Assembly: GCA_022771715.1 (NCBI GenBank)
Contig: JALELF010000081.1
Span: 1 to 43,879 of the forward strand
Length of the DNA stretch: 43,879 nt
Reading direction: 5' to 3'
From: Bacillota bacterium
Lineage (GTDB): Bacteria; Bacillota_I; Bacilli_A; RF39; UBA660
Each line of letters starts with the position of its first letter. The stretch's first letter is position 1. A program made the translations under genes and the position numbers. This document shows positions 24,317 to 33,757 of the stretch, piece by piece. A model generated the notes under the pieces. That model saw only the letters and a program-made list of their open reading frames with translations, had not been told where the DNA came from and did no database searches.

Positions 24317-27300
24317 ATGAATACACAAAGAATAGATAATGTATTAGAAAAAATGAAAGAAAGTAAAAATTATAAAGATTTTACTAATTTATTGTCATTT
24401 GATGAAAGAAAATATATATTTTATCATTTAGAATCGTATGCAGAAACTTATTCTTTTATAGCAAGTTCTAATTTTTGTTCAAATATTTTTAAAGAAGAAG
24501 AAGCAGAAGAAATATATAATAATGAATTTAATGAATTAGATGGATTACTAAAGCAAATTTTAATATGTTCTTTAAATATTGATTTAGCCAAAGAAGTAAT
24601 AAAAAAAATAGCTGAACCCGATACATCAATTGTATATTCTTCTTTTTTGGCAAAACTATCTTCAGATAAAGAAAGAATAGAATGGATTAATAATACGGAT
24701 TTATCTTATTTAGATGCAGGAAGCATATTTGTTTTATTAGTATCTAATTTAGAAGACTTTGATTTAAAATTAGAGTATATGAAAAAACATCCAGAATATA
24801 AAATTCGGTTTGCCAATATTTTTAAAACTATAAATAATGATGCAGATTTAAAAAAAGCTATTGATTTTTATAAAGAAAATTTCCTTGAAAAAAATGATTA
24901 TAACATCGTTACCTTGATTGAACAATTTAATGATGATAATCTAAAACTACAGTACTTAAATATTATTGAATATGGTGGTTTTAAATCAGAAATAATAGCA
25001 AGCCTAAAAGATGAAGATTTAAAAATTAGTCTTTTAGACACTTTAGATGATGGCACAATTTATTCAGATAACTATAAATATGATGTAATTATAAGTATAA
25101 AAGATATGAAAAAAAGAATGGCTTTATTATCTACTATAAATAGTATAACTTTAAAACTTATCCATGCTGGTTGGTTAGATAATGTTAAAGAAATATATCC
25201 TGAAATAATTAAGAAAGTAGCTATAGAAAATGATTTAAATTATGATAATCTTTTAGCGCTTTCTAATAAATTAGGATATAGTGTTATTAGAAATTTAAGC
25301 GTAAACCTAAAACAAATAATAAATTTAGATAAAGATGAATTTAACAAATTATTACAAATAATAGATGTTGAAAAATCTCATCAACTAGAAATGAAAGACG
25401 TTGATAACATAGTTGAAGCAATTATTCAAAGAGAGTTTAGAATTAAAAATAGAGAAGTTATTTCCGTATTTCCAAAATTAGAACATTTAATTCAAAATAA
25501 AGATGTAAATGGAATAATTGGCATTTTAGCTGATATTAATAACTATATTGATATAAATGAGATGTTAAACGAACATAATCTTAATTTAGAAGTATTTATT
25601 AATAGGTTATTAGAAAATGAAAATATTAATATTTTACATGAAATTACTAATAAATATATAGAATCATTGAGAAAAAAATACTTATTAGAAAGACAAAAAA
25701 AAGTAAAAAGTGAGTTAAATTTAGAATATGCTTTTGAAAAAAACTACTTAATTTCTAAATTTTTCCAAAAATATAATAATGAAGATATTTTTAAATTACT
25801 TAATCGTGAGATAGATAAGAGCAATTTATCTACTGAACAATTAGAATTATTAAATAATGAATCTTTACTTATAGAATGTCTAAAATTTAAAAGAGATCCT
25901 AAAAATTATAGTGGAGACAATTTAGCTAGAAGTAAAGCTAAACAATTAAATCAAATTTTAACTATTTTATATTTAGATAAGAAATTAGATTTTTTAGGCA
26001 ATAAAGAAGATGAGAATGCTGAAATTATTTATAAGACAAAAAAAGTACCTAATGATGTTTTTATTGGTTTAATGAAAGAATTAGATATAAATGTATTAAA
26101 AAATAAGATTTTTAATGATTCAGAAATGTATAGTAAACTACTTAATGTATTTAAATCATATAAGTTTATTGGCTGGTCTAATATTTTTGAAAAATTATTA
26201 GAAGGCGCTGATTTATCATTTGGTGAAAGAGATGTTGCGGTATTAATTAACTATTTTTATAGTTTTTATCCAAAACTAGAAGAAAGACTTAAAAATGGTT
26301 TAATAAGTAATATAAGTTTAACAACTATTCTTGATGAAATAGGAACATATGGTAGCTCTTCAGTAAAATATGATTATTTACTTGGAAAAGAAGATTCTAA
26401 ACTTATTATTTCTAATCCAAGTCCTAATGCAGCTCATTTGACAGTAGAGCAGAGATTAAAAATAGTTCCTGAAGAAGTAAAAAAACAATTTAGCAGAAAA
26501 CATATTACAGTTCCTAATATAGATAAAGAGATACCATTAAAAAAAGGAAAAACAATAAAAGCAAATATTGGTGATGTAACTAGTCCTATTAATTTGACTT
26601 ATGGTGAAAGAACAGGTGCTTGTATGAGAATAGGAGGTGCCGGTAGTACATTGTTTGATTTTTGTTTAGAAAATGAAAATGGTTTTCATGTAAGATTAAC
26701 TGATTCTGTTACTAATAAACTTATAATTAGAGTAAGTGGGTTCAGAAACGGTAATACAATATTTTTAAATCAACTAAGATATAGTTTAGATGAAAATATA
26801 ACAGCTTCCGATTTGATAGAAGCAATTAAAGTAGTAGCAAAAGAGCTTGTAGAATTAACTAAAACGAGTGAGTATCCTATTAAAAATGTTGTTATATCTG
26901 ATGGATATGTTATGGAAGGTAAAGAAAAAAATTTACTAAATGTAGAAAATGTAAAAGAAGGTTATAAGTATTTTTACTCTGATGTACAAAATAATAATGC
27001 AATTTATTTAGAAAACAATGATAAAATAGAGTTAGGACCTGAAAAAGCTGTAAAGTATGAAGTTTCTAGAAAAAAAGCAGTACGTTACGAAAATTTATCA
27101 GAAATAAACGAGCAAATTCAAAGATTTAATCTTATAAATGGACTATTATTAGGAACCTCTTTAGGAGATATACCTTTAGTAGATGAAAACAATATAGGAA
27201 ATATTCAAAAATTATATGTAGGTGAAGACTTTTTATTAGCGTTTGACTTTGCTGGCAATATTATTATCGAATCAATTTTAGAAAGAGATGAATATTTTAA

Positions 27301-27370
27301 AGAAAAAGCAAAAAAAGAAATAGATGAAATTAAAAAGTCCTTAGTTAAAGCAGGAGGTAAAACTATATGA
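24317..27370 (+). CDS. Large hypothetical protein (about 1017 aa): helical repeat N-terminal part plus unknown C-terminal domain
   Basis: Uninterrupted ORF. Start placed at ATG 24317 (MNTQRIDNVLEK), downstream of a TG-extended -10 (TGGTATAAT, 24287-24295). The track start at 24254 lies inside miaA. Recurrent xDxxLK[LI]xY[LM] motifs occur in the N-terminal third. The C-terminal part contains GERTGACMRIGGAGSTLFDFCLENENGFHVRLTD. I recognise no family. Confidence 0.65.
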   Translation: MNTQRIDNVLEKMKESKNYKDFTNLLSFDERKYIFYHLESYAETYSFIASSNFCSNIFKEEEAEEIYNNEFNELDGLLKQILICSLNIDLAKEVIKKIAEPDTSIVYSSFLAKLSSDKERIEWINNTDLSYLDAGSIFVLLVSNLEDFDLKLEYMKKHPEYKIRFANIFKTINNDADLKKAIDFYKENFLEKNDYNIVTLIEQFNDDNLKLQYLNIIEYGGFKSEIIASLKDEDLKISLLDTLDDGTIYSDNYKYDVIISIKDMKKRMALLSTINSITLKLIHAGWLDNVKEIYPEIIKKVAIENDLNYDNLLALSNKLGYSVIRNLSVNLKQIINLDKDEFNKLLQIIDVEKSHQLEMKDVDNIVEAIIQREFRIKNREVISVFPKLEHLIQNKDVNGIIGILADINNYIDINEMLNEHNLNLEVFINRLLENENINILHEITNKYIESLRKKYLLERQKKVKSELNLEYAFEKNYLISKFFQKYNNEDIFKLLNREIDKSNLSTEQLELLNNESLLIECLKFKRDPKNYSGDNLARSKAKQLNQILTILYLDKKLDFLGNKEDENAEIIYKTKKVPNDVFIGLMKELDINVLKNKIFNDSEMYSKLLNVFKSYKFIGWSNIFEKLLEGADLSFGERDVAVLINYFYSFYPKLEERLKNGLISNISLTTILDEIGTYGSSSVKYDYLLGKEDSKLIISNPSPNAAHLTVEQRLKIVPEEVKKQFSRKHITVPNIDKEIPLKKGKTIKANIGDVTSPINLTYGERTGACMRIGGAGSTLFDFCLENENGFHVRLTDSVTNKLIIRVSGFRNGNTIFLNQLRYSLDENITASDLIEAIKVVAKELVELTKTSEYPIKNVVISDGYVMEGKEKNLLNVENVKEGYKYFYSDVQNNNAIYLENNDKIELGPEKAVKYEVSRKKAVRYENLSEINEQIQRFNLINGLLLGTSLGDIPLVDENNIGNIQKLYVGEDFLLAFDFAGNIIIESILERDEYFKEKAKKEIDEIKKSLVKAGGKTI

Positions 27371-27582
27371 AAAAAGAAGGAATAGTAACAAAATATGATG
27401 GTTATACAGGTAGTATTAAAGATAGTTTAGGGAAAGACTATTTATTGCTAAAAAAGGAAACATTAGAAAATATCAAAGAAAAAGATATAGTTTTGTTTGA
27501 TCCAGAAGTAGTAGTTACTACATATGAAGATAGACACATAGCACGATTTGTAAAGAAAAAAAATACTGTTAAGCACTTTTAA
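27367..27582 (+). CDS. Small OB/cold-shock-like beta protein (71 aa)
   Basis: ATGA overlap with the upstream stop. Strong SD CAGGAGGT 9 nt upstream. GIVTKYDGYTGSIKDSLGKDYLLLKKE...DIVLFDPE has cold-shock-domain-like spacing but lacks the RNP1/RNP2 aromatic motifs. Basic tail. Confidence 0.6.
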   Translation: MKKEGIVTKYDGYTGSIKDSLGKDYLLLKKETLENIKEKDIVLFDPEVVVTTYEDRHIARFVKKKNTVKHF

Positions 27583-29293
27583 CAGTATTTTTTACATCCA
27601 TAATAATTGGTAAAATTATAGGTTTTCTACCAGTTTCTTCATAAACAAAATTAATAACTTTATTTATGATTTCAGATTTAATTTCTGTGTAGCCACCTTT
27701 TGTTTTTAAAACATTATTTATAACATTTCCACTAATTGTTTCTATTTTTTGAATTATTTCTTGATTATCATTAACTAAAACAAAACCTCTAGTAATTACA
27801 TTTGGTTTATTTAATTGTTTATAATTAGTCATATCTATATTAGAAATTATAACAACGATACCATCATTAGCCATTGCTTTTCTATCTCTCATAACAGCAC
27901 TAGATACTTCACCAATTCTATTACCATCAATATAAACATCTCCAGCTTGGATTTTATCATCTTTGCTTATTACACCTTTATTAATAGATAAGACATCACC
28001 ATTTTCTAAAACAAAAGTATTTTCTTTTGGAATACCACAAAGGACACCAATATCAGCATGTCTTTTTAGCATTCTATATTCGCCATGAAAAGGCATAAAA
28101 TACTTTGGATTAATTAATCTTAACATTAACTTAAGTTCCTCTTCAGAACCATGACCAGATGTATGAATGTCTTTAAGTAAAGTATTTGTATAAACTTCGA
28201 CACCTCTAAGATATAGCTTATTGATAGTTTTAGAAACACTTAAGGCATTTCCAGGGATAGTAGATGATGAGAATATTACAACATCATCGTCTTGTAAGCT
28301 AATTTGCTTATGAGTTCCATTAGCAATCCTAGATAGAGCAGCCAGTGGTTCACCTTGGGTACCAGTACATAAAATACAAATTTTATCATTTGGATATTTT
28401 TTAGCTTCCTCAGGTTCAATAAAAATACTTTTATTACTTATATATCCACCTTCAATAGAAATTTCAATATTGTTTTCCATACTTCTACCAAAAGTAACAA
28501 TTTTACGATTATTTTTTTTGCAAGTATCAACAATATGTTTTAATCTATATATATTAGATGCGAAAGTAGCAATTATTATTCTACCTTTATGGCGAAGAAA
28601 TATTCCTTGCAATGCTTCGTCAACTTTAGATTCACTCATTGAAAATCCACTATTCAAAGCATTAGTACTATCACTTAATAATAGAGTTACTCCTCTCGAA
28701 CCTATTTCTGCCATCTTATATAGATTAGCACATGGTCCAATAGGTGTTAAATCGAATTTAAAGTCACCTGTAGTAACTATAATACCATTAGGTGTAGTAA
28801 TACATATACCATGAGAATCTGGAATAGAGTGAGTAGTTCTAAAAAATTCTACTTTGATATTCTTAAACTTTACGATAGTCTCTTCAGTATACGCAATTAA
28901 ATTATTATATTTAATTTCCCGATCAATTAATTTTTTCTTAATAAGACCAACTGCTTGTTTAGGTGCATATATATAAGGTATGTTTACAGTTTGAAGCAAA
29001 TAAGGAATTCCTCCTATATGATCTTCATGTCCGTGTGTTATAAATAAAGCTTTAATTTTACTTTCATTATTTTTTAAGAATGTATAATCAGGTATTACAT
29101 AGTCAACGCCAAGTAAGTCATCTTCTGGAAAAGTAACACCAGCATCCGTAATAACTATTTCATCACCATGCATTATACAGTACATGTTTTTACCAACTTC
29201 ACATAGACCACCTAAAGCAAAAACTTTATTATCTATATTTTTTACAGTTTTCAAATTTTTTCTCCTTTCTTTCATTAAATTTAACTCTAACAT
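27569..29293 (-). CDS. rnj: Ribonuclease J
   Basis: FALGGLCEVGKNMY, the metallo-beta-lactamase motif ITHGHEDHIGGIPYL, and beta-CASP and C-terminal domains at J1/J2-typical length. The true start may be the Met at 29275 (MKERRKN...). Confidence 0.93.
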   Translation of the reverse strand: MLELNLMKERRKNLKTVKNIDNKVFALGGLCEVGKNMYCIMHGDEIVITDAGVTFPEDDLLGVDYVIPDYTFLKNNESKIKALFITHGHEDHIGGIPYLLQTVNIPYIYAPKQAVGLIKKKLIDREIKYNNLIAYTEETIVKFKNIKVEFFRTTHSIPDSHGICITTPNGIIVTTGDFKFDLTPIGPCANLYKMAEIGSRGVTLLLSDSTNALNSGFSMSESKVDEALQGIFLRHKGRIIIATFASNIYRLKHIVDTCKKNNRKIVTFGRSMENNIEISIEGGYISNKSIFIEPEEAKKYPNDKICILCTGTQGEPLAALSRIANGTHKQISLQDDDVVIFSSSTIPGNALSVSKTINKLYLRGVEVYTNTLLKDIHTSGHGSEEELKLMLRLINPKYFMPFHGEYRMLKRHADIGVLCGIPKENTFVLENGDVLSINKGVISKDDKIQAGDVYIDGNRIGEVSSAVMRDRKAMANDGIVVIISNIDMTNYKQLNKPNVITRGFVLVNDNQEIIQKIETISGNVINNVLKTKGGYTEIKSEIINKVINFVYEETGRKPIILPIIMDVKNTVKSA

Positions 29294-29391
29294 TATAAAC
29301 TTTTTTTTTATATTTGTCTAGTAGTAGTTTTTGATTGAAATACAAATTGATATTGTGCTATAATTAAATAGGTAGTATAAAGGAGGGTAAT

Positions 29392-31578
29392 ATGGCTAAA
29401 AAGAAAAAAAGAAAAGAACCTTCTAAAAAAAAGAATAGTTATTCAGTAGAATTACGTGGTTTAATATTAATTTTGTTTGCTGTAATTGGCTTTGGTAGAT
29501 TTGGAATAGTTGGAGAAATGGTAAGTGCATTTGCGGCATTTTTAGTTGGTACTTGGTATAATGTATTACTAGCTATGTTATTAATAGTTGGAATATATAT
29601 GATGGTAAAAAGAGAAGCGCCAAACTTTTTTACTTCAAAATTGTTTGGACTTTATGTGTTTATAATAGGTATTCTTGTTTTATCACATCTTAATTATGTC
29701 ACAGATACAACTTTAAAAGGTTTCGATATGGTAAAAGAAACGATTGATAATTTTATGTTATCAATTAAAAATATTGATATAATTCAAGGTGGAGGTATCA
29801 TAGGTGCTTTATTTACACTTTTAAATATATCATTATTTGATGTAAAAGGTACTGATATAGTAATAGTAGTACTATTAATTTGTGGCGTTGTTATGTTTAC
29901 TGGTGTATCAATTATGGATGCATTAGGTAAAATAAAAGAAAAAGGTAAAAAAGTAATACATCATAATAAAGAGAAAAAAGATAAACAAGAAATAAAAGAA
30001 GTAGAAGAAAAATATGAAAATGATAATAAAATTGTTGTTTCTAGCTATGACGAATTAGTTCATGTTGATGAGAAGGAAGAAGTAAAGGAAGAATCTGAGC
30101 CTGTAAAGGAAACTGATATTATAGTTAATAGTAGTTATAAACTACCACCTTTAACTTTGCTAAATAATCCTCCTAAAAATAAAACTAATGAAAATCAAAT
30201 GCACGCTAAGGAAAATGCTGGTTTATTAATACAATTACTTAAAGACTTTGGAATAGAGAGTGAAGTAGTTGGTATTAATATAGGTCCTAGTGTAACACAA
30301 TACGAGTTAGAAATAAAAGGTGCGATTAAATTAAGTAAAATTCTTAGCTTAAATAAAGAGATTGCTTTAGCTTTAGCAGCTGAAGATGTTAGAATTCAAG
30401 CTCCAATTCCAGGTAAAAGAACGGTAGGAATAGAAATACCTAATAAAGTAATATCAATGGTTAGTGTAAAAGAAATTCTTCAAACCGTACCTGCTAATAT
30501 GGAAAGCAGTAAATTATTAGTTACATTGGGTAAGAATATAATGGGTAAACCAATATATGCTGAAATAAATAAAACTCCCCATCTTTTAGTTGCGGGTGCG
30601 ACTGGTTCTGGTAAATCAGTATGTATTAATAGTTTTATTATTTCTATTTTGATGCGTACTAAACCAGATGAAGTAAAACTTGTATTAGTTGATCCTAAAA
30701 AGGTAGAACTTTCTATGTATAATGGAGTTCCTCATTTATTGGCGCCAGTAGTAACAGACCCTAAAAGAGCTAATGTCGCTTTAAAAAAGATAGTTTCTGA
30801 AATGGAACGTAGATATGATTTGTTTGAAAAAAGTGGAACTAAAAATATTGCTGGATACAATGCTTATATTGACAAATATAATGAAACAGCTAGTGAAGTA
30901 GAAAAACAACCTAAATTACCATATATTGTTGTTATAATCGATGAACTTGCAGACTTAATGTTAGTTGCGGCTAAAGAAGTAGAAGATAGTATTATGCGTA
31001 TAACACAAATGGCTAGAGCAGCAGGTATTCATTTAATTGTCGCTACACAAAGACCTAGTACAGATGTCATAACTGGTGTTGTTAAAGCTAATATCCCATC
31101 ACGTATTTCATTTGCTGTTAGTAGTCAAATAGACTCTAGAACAATATTGGATGCAGGTGGAGCAGAAAAACTATTAGGTAAAGGTGATATGTTATTTTCA
31201 CCAATGGGTTCATCTACTCCTATGCGTGTTCAAGGAACATTTATCTCTGAAGAAGAAATAAAAAGAGTAGTTGATTATGTTATAAAACAGCAAATAGCTC
31301 GTTATGATGAAACATTATTAATGGATGATGAAGAAATGCACGCTACTACTATGGTAGAAGAACACGATGCTAATGAAGAACCTCTATATAATGAAATTGT
31401 AAAATTTGTAGTTGAACAAGGAAAAGCTTCAGCATCCTTATTACAAAGAAGATTTAGATTAGGATACAATAGAGCAGCTCGTGTAATAGATTTATTAGAA
31501 GAACGTGGAATAATTGGTCCAAATAATGGTTCAAAACCTAGAGAAGTATTAGTAAAAGTTGAAAATAAAGAGGAATAA
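29392..31578 (+). CDS. ftsK: DNA translocase FtsK/SpoIIIE
   Basis: Basic N-terminus and 4-5 TM helices, an acidic linker, Walker A GATGSGKS, Walker [11 protein letters not shown], and a C-terminal winged-helix gamma domain ([27 protein letters not shown]). Confidence 0.93.
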   Translation: MAKKKKRKEPSKKKNSYSVELRGLILILFAVIGFGRFGIVGEMVSAFAAFLVGTWYNVLLAMLLIVGIYMMVKREAPNFFTSKLFGLYVFIIGILVLSHLNYVTDTTLKGFDMVKETIDNFMLSIKNIDIIQGGGIIGALFTLLNISLFDVKGTDIVIVVLLICGVVMFTGVSIMDALGKIKEKGKKVIHHNKEKKDKQEIKEVEEKYENDNKIVVSSYDELVHVDEKEEVKEESEPVKETDIIVNSSYKLPPLTLLNNPPKNKTNENQMHAKENAGLLIQLLKDFGIESEVVGINIGPSVTQYELEIKGAIKLSKILSLNKEIALALAAEDVRIQAPIPGKRTVGIEIPNKVISMVSVKEILQTVPANMESSKLLVTLGKNIMGKPIYAEINKTPHLLVAGATGSGKSVCINSFIISILMRTKPDEVKLVLVDPKKVELSMYNGVPHLLAPVVTDPKRANVALKKIVSEMERRYDLFEKSGTKNIAGYNAYIDKYNETASEVEKQPKLPYIVVIIDELADLMLVAAKEVEDSIMRITQMARAAGIHLIVATQRPSTDVITGVVKANIPSRISFAVSSQIDSRTILDAGGAEKLLGKGDMLFSPMGSSTPMRVQGTFISEEEIKRVVDYVIKQQIARYDETLLMDDEEMHATTMVEEHDANEEPLYNEIVKFVVEQGKASASLLQRRFRLGYNRAARVIDLLEERGIIGPNNGSKPREVLVKVENKEE

Positions 31579-31592
31579 AAGTAGGTGAATAT

Positions 31593-33686
31593 ATGAAAAA
31601 TAGAGGATTTACTTTGATAGAAATGCTAGGTGTTATGATAATACTAACATTTCTTGCTTTTATCGTTTCAGAAGTTATTATAAATAATATTAATGATACT
31701 AATAGTAAATTAGAAAAATTAGCAAATGATATTTTAATATCTTCAGCTCGTGATTACGTTAGTAAAAATGAATTTGAATTTGAAAAAAAAATTAATAATA
31801 GTTATTGTATTAGTTATAGATCACTAGTAGTAGGGGGATTTATAAAAGATGAAATGTTACCGAAAATTAAAAATATAAAAGACATTGATTCTAGAAGTGT
31901 TAGTGTTAGTTATAATGGTAGTTTATTTGAGTATAATGTTTTAACTAATGAATGTGAATATAGTGTAAGTTATGAGTTAAGAAATGTTCAGGCAAATAAA
32001 ACTATTACTAGTCTAAAAGTAGGAGAAAAAGCAGAGTTAATAATTACTGCTAACTCTAATTATGAACTTCCTGAAAAAGTTGTGGTTAAGGGCGCTGATT
32101 ATACTTGGGATAAAAGTACTGGAAAACTAGTTTTAACATATATTTATAACAATGTTGTAATTAGTGTTCAAGGAGTAAGTTTAGTTGATGCAACTAAGCC
32201 AATATTAACTATTGACCCTAAAGATGGTATTTTTAAAAGTAGTGTAAATATAACAGTAACAGTTCGTGATGACGAAAGTGGCTTATCAGATAATAATAAA
32301 TATCAGTATTGTTTATCAAAAAACAATTCTTCTCCTACTGATTGTACATGGAATGATTATGTAAGTGGAACTCCTTTTGAAATAACAGGCGATAATGATA
32401 CATATTATTTATGGATTTATCCTATAGAAGACAACTATGGAAATATAAATGATGACAATATAAATTTAAGCCCTTATGTTATAGGTACATATAAGTTTGA
32501 TTCAATAGCGCCAACTCTTGATATAATTACTAGTGCTTCTAATTGCTCTCAAACGACTGCTGTTACTATAAGTATTTCTGATTCAGGTACTGGTCTATCT
32601 GATGAAAACAAATATCAATATTATTTATCAACAAGTAATACATCACTTGAAAATGGTAGTTTTCAAACTTACAAAAGTGGTAGTAGCTTTTCATTTAATA
32701 CTGATATTAATAATTATACACCAGGTACTTATTATTTATGGATATACCCGATTAAAGATAATGTCGGTAATGTTACTAATAATGTAGAATTTGGAAACCC
32801 TTATAATGCTAAAACTATAACATTAAAGTATGAAAAGTGTTTTTCCTATAATGGTGGTTCACAAACTTTTACAGTTCCTCATGCAGGTAATTATAAAGTA
32901 GAGGCTTGGGGAGCTCAAGGTTCTGGTAATGATGGAGGTAAAGGTGGCTATACTAAAGGCAATATTGACATGAGTAAAAGTGAAGTTTTTTATGTTTATG
33001 TTGGTGGTCAAAATGGTTATAATGGCGGTGGAACTGGTTGTTCAAGTACTTTGACTGGTGGCGGCGCTACTGATTTAAGATTAATATCTGGTGCTTGGAA
33101 TGATTCTAAATCACTAAATAGCAGAATAATGATTGCTGGTGGTGGTGGTGGGAATAATTATGATATAGTTACACCAGGCCATGGTGGAGGATTAAGTGGA
33201 ACTACAGGTATTCCTAATGGTAATTATACGGCTTATACTTCTACAGGTGGTACTCAAACTTCTGGTGGAATTGTAAATAATCATGGGGCTTCTTATACAC
33301 CTGGAACGAATGGTTCTTATGCTAAAGGTGGAACTGGTGGATGTGATTCAGGAGCTTATGGTGGCTCATATGGTGGCGGCGGTGGATTATATGGTGGAGC
33401 TGGAGGCTCACGACTTTATGGGGGTCAATGGAGCGGTGGTGGTGGCTCATCATATATATCTGGTCATACCGGCTGTGTAGCAGTTACATCGCAAACTAGT
33501 AGTACACCTAAATCAGGATGTAGTAATGGTACTACTGATATAAGTTGTTCATATCATTATAGTGGTAAAAAATTTACTAGTACACAAACTATTACTGGTA
33601 ATAATACAATGCCTAATACTACAACAGGGACTTCTGTTGGACATTTAGGTGATGGTTATTTAAAAATAACTTATTTAAATTCTTAA
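31593..33686 (+). CDS. Prepilin-leader protein with two Ig-like repeats and a C-terminal ALK/LTK-like glycine-rich domain (697 aa)
   Basis: MKNRG/FTLIEMLGVMIILTFLAFIV is a type IV prepilin cleavage/methylation motif (G-1, F+1, E+5). Tandem repeats of about 105 aa (nt 32190-32501 and 32502-32837) share GLSDxNKYQYxLS and YYLWIYPIxDNxGN. From nt 32838: CFSYNGGSQTFTVPHAGNYKVEAWGAQGSG..GGKGGY..VYVGGQNGYNGGGTG..TGGGATDLRL..IMIAGGGGGN... Starts 14 nt after the ftsK stop. SD AGTAGGTGA. Confidence 0.8.
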   Translation: MKNRGFTLIEMLGVMIILTFLAFIVSEVIINNINDTNSKLEKLANDILISSARDYVSKNEFEFEKKINNSYCISYRSLVVGGFIKDEMLPKIKNIKDIDSRSVSVSYNGSLFEYNVLTNECEYSVSYELRNVQANKTITSLKVGEKAELIITANSNYELPEKVVVKGADYTWDKSTGKLVLTYIYNNVVISVQGVSLVDATKPILTIDPKDGIFKSSVNITVTVRDDESGLSDNNKYQYCLSKNNSSPTDCTWNDYVSGTPFEITGDNDTYYLWIYPIEDNYGNINDDNINLSPYVIGTYKFDSIAPTLDIITSASNCSQTTAVTISISDSGTGLSDENKYQYYLSTSNTSLENGSFQTYKSGSSFSFNTDINNYTPGTYYLWIYPIKDNVGNVTNNVEFGNPYNAKTITLKYEKCFSYNGGSQTFTVPHAGNYKVEAWGAQGSGNDGGKGGYTKGNIDMSKSEVFYVYVGGQNGYNGGGTGCSSTLTGGGATDLRLISGAWNDSKSLNSRIMIAGGGGGNNYDIVTPGHGGGLSGTTGIPNGNYTAYTSTGGTQTSGGIVNNHGASYTPGTNGSYAKGGTGGCDSGAYGGSYGGGGGLYGGAGGSRLYGGQWSGGGGSSYISGHTGCVAVTSQTSSTPKSGCSNGTTDISCSYHYSGKKFTSTQTITGNNTMPNTTTGTSVGHLGDGYLKITYLNS

Positions 33687-33687
33687 G

Positions 33688-33713
33688 ACAAGATAAACAA
33701 ATCTTGTTTTTTC
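33688..33713 (+). terminator. Intrinsic terminator after the pilin-like gene
   Basis: ACAAGAT-AAACAA-ATCTTGT followed by TTTTTT. Confidence 0.7.
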
Positions 33714-33757
33714 TTTTATTTTATTATATAATCTAATTACTTGAAGTAGGTGTAATT

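Noticed and set aside
27367-27582. Possibility that the 71-aa protein after miaA is Hfq
   Set aside because: Its position and size are suggestive, but it shows no Sm1/Sm2 motif similarity to Bacillus Hfq. It looks OB/cold-shock-like instead.
28470-28814. 114-aa + strand ORF
   Set aside because: It is antisense to and nested in RNase J.
32602-33480. ORFs 32602-32787 and 33283-33480 (+)
   Set aside because: These are alternative frames inside the pilin-like gene. The second is a by-product of the Gly-codon run.
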